Positions 60,602 to 61,550 of a DNA stretch of 61,550 nt are shown here, piece by piece; position 1 is the stretch's first letter; every line of letters starts with the position of its first letter. Source of the DNA: Rhizaria sp. SCN 62-66. Taxonomy: Eukaryota. Position numbers and translations under genes: made by a program. Below the pieces are notes generated by a model that saw only the letters and a program-made list of their open reading frames with translations, ran no database searches and was not told the DNA's origin. Location: assembly GCA_001724265.1 (NCBI GenBank), contig MEDY01000154.1:1-61550 (forward strand), in the 5' to 3' direction.

Positions 60602-61275
60602 GGTAACTTGGACTGCGTGTAGCCCCCGGTAATGTAACTGGACTGCGGATGGGCTTCGAAAGGGCTGTGTGTTTTACACCATGTACATCTCTCATCACCT
60701 GTGGGAATGTACGAACGTGTGGTTTTAATTTTCTGTTTGTCTTGCTTCTTGTGTACTTTTATTTGTCGTATTCTAGCACCGATATGTCTCTCCATGACAG
60801 TTGTAGCTGCAAGGTTTATCGACGTACAAACAACACAGAACAAGCATGGCATGTATTTTTGTGTCAATATCATTTCTTTCTTCTTGAGACTTTTTATTTT
60901 TCGACCAACAAACGCATATGATCCTGGTCTGGTGAAGAGATCTTCTTGATCTTTTCACTCAGATCGGCCTTCTTGCTCCGATGTGTAACCCTGCGTATGA
61001 TATGCAAATTCGATATGTCTCATGTCGGACGTGTGTCCGTGCAATAAACAATGTAACTGCTTGAATGTACCATTTCTTCGTGTCCCAATTTCAGTTGCGA
61101 CAGGCACATTTCTATTGACCATGATAGGATGAATAAGCCTCAAAAGGGGCGTTTGAAAATGTTTGAAAATGTTTTGTATTATGGAGAAAAATTTAACTGA
61201 TCAAGAGTAAAAATAAGGATCACAATGCATTCTGTGGTGCACATTGTTCATTGAAATACTGACTGTTGCTGTCTT

Positions 61276-61277
<2 letters not shown>

Positions 61278-61310
<33 letters not shown>
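61278..61310 (+). repeat. (GTT)11 microsatellite, probably in the HSP70 3' UTR
   Basis: Perfect trinucleotide run about 65 nt downstream of the HSP70 stop codon. Confidence 0.9.
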
Positions 61311-61311
<1 letters not shown>

Positions 61312-61375
61312 TCTTGGAAAATAATCTTAAGGTGTGGCAGTAACACTGCCCAGTGTCCTGCAGCGACTAAGGCGC

Positions 61376-61550
61376 TTAGTCGACCTCCTCAACCTTGACG
61401 TTGTTGGCGGGGCCCGACGAAGGGGCAGCGCCACCGAAGCCCGCGTCCTCGCCGTCGCCCATGCCAGCGCCAGCAGCGCCGTCGGGCATGCCGCCGGCCT
61501 GGTAGAGCTTGGTGATGATGGGGGCGCAGACGCCCTCGAGCTCCTTCTGC
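61376..61550 (-). CDS. HSP70: C-terminal end of cytosolic HSP70 (partial; continues beyond the window)
   Basis: [24 protein letters not shown]...[16 protein letters not shown] terminus; stop TAA. Not present in the supplied ORF track. Confidence 0.95.
   Translation of the reverse strand, partial: QKELEGVCAPIITKLYQAGGMPDGAAGAGMGDGEDAGFGGAAPSSGPANNVKVEEVD

Overview
This is eukaryotic nuclear DNA from a gene-dense, intron-poor protist with GC-rich coding regions and AT-rich spacers. It is probably flagellated, because it encodes kintoun/DNAAF2. There are about 13 protein genes: a ~4,870-aa polycystin-1-like REJ/GPS receptor, a ferric reductase/NOX-family oxidoreductase, a CHD1L/ALC1-like SNF2-macro-BRCT remodeler, a membrane-anchored pseudokinase-kinase, a saposin-like secreted protein, RSL1D1, a TMEM184-like protein, kintoun, YIPF1/2, a FYVE-TBC RabGAP, a Gly-rich protein, the 3' end of cytosolic HSP70, and a partial ORF at the left edge. 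The main signal is a probable non-standard nuclear genetic code. Four different genes each contain one in-frame TAG (11031-11033, 25963-25965, 29009-29011, 41219-41221) after which the same frame continues with coherent protein sequence, while all 13 inferred gene ends use TAA or TGA. This suggests UAG is a sense codon (Gln or Leu most likely) decoupled from UAA. Seven of eight inferred introns are 135-150 nt and all eight have an unusual GTWCGW donor. All calls come from reading the sequence by eye; no searches were run.
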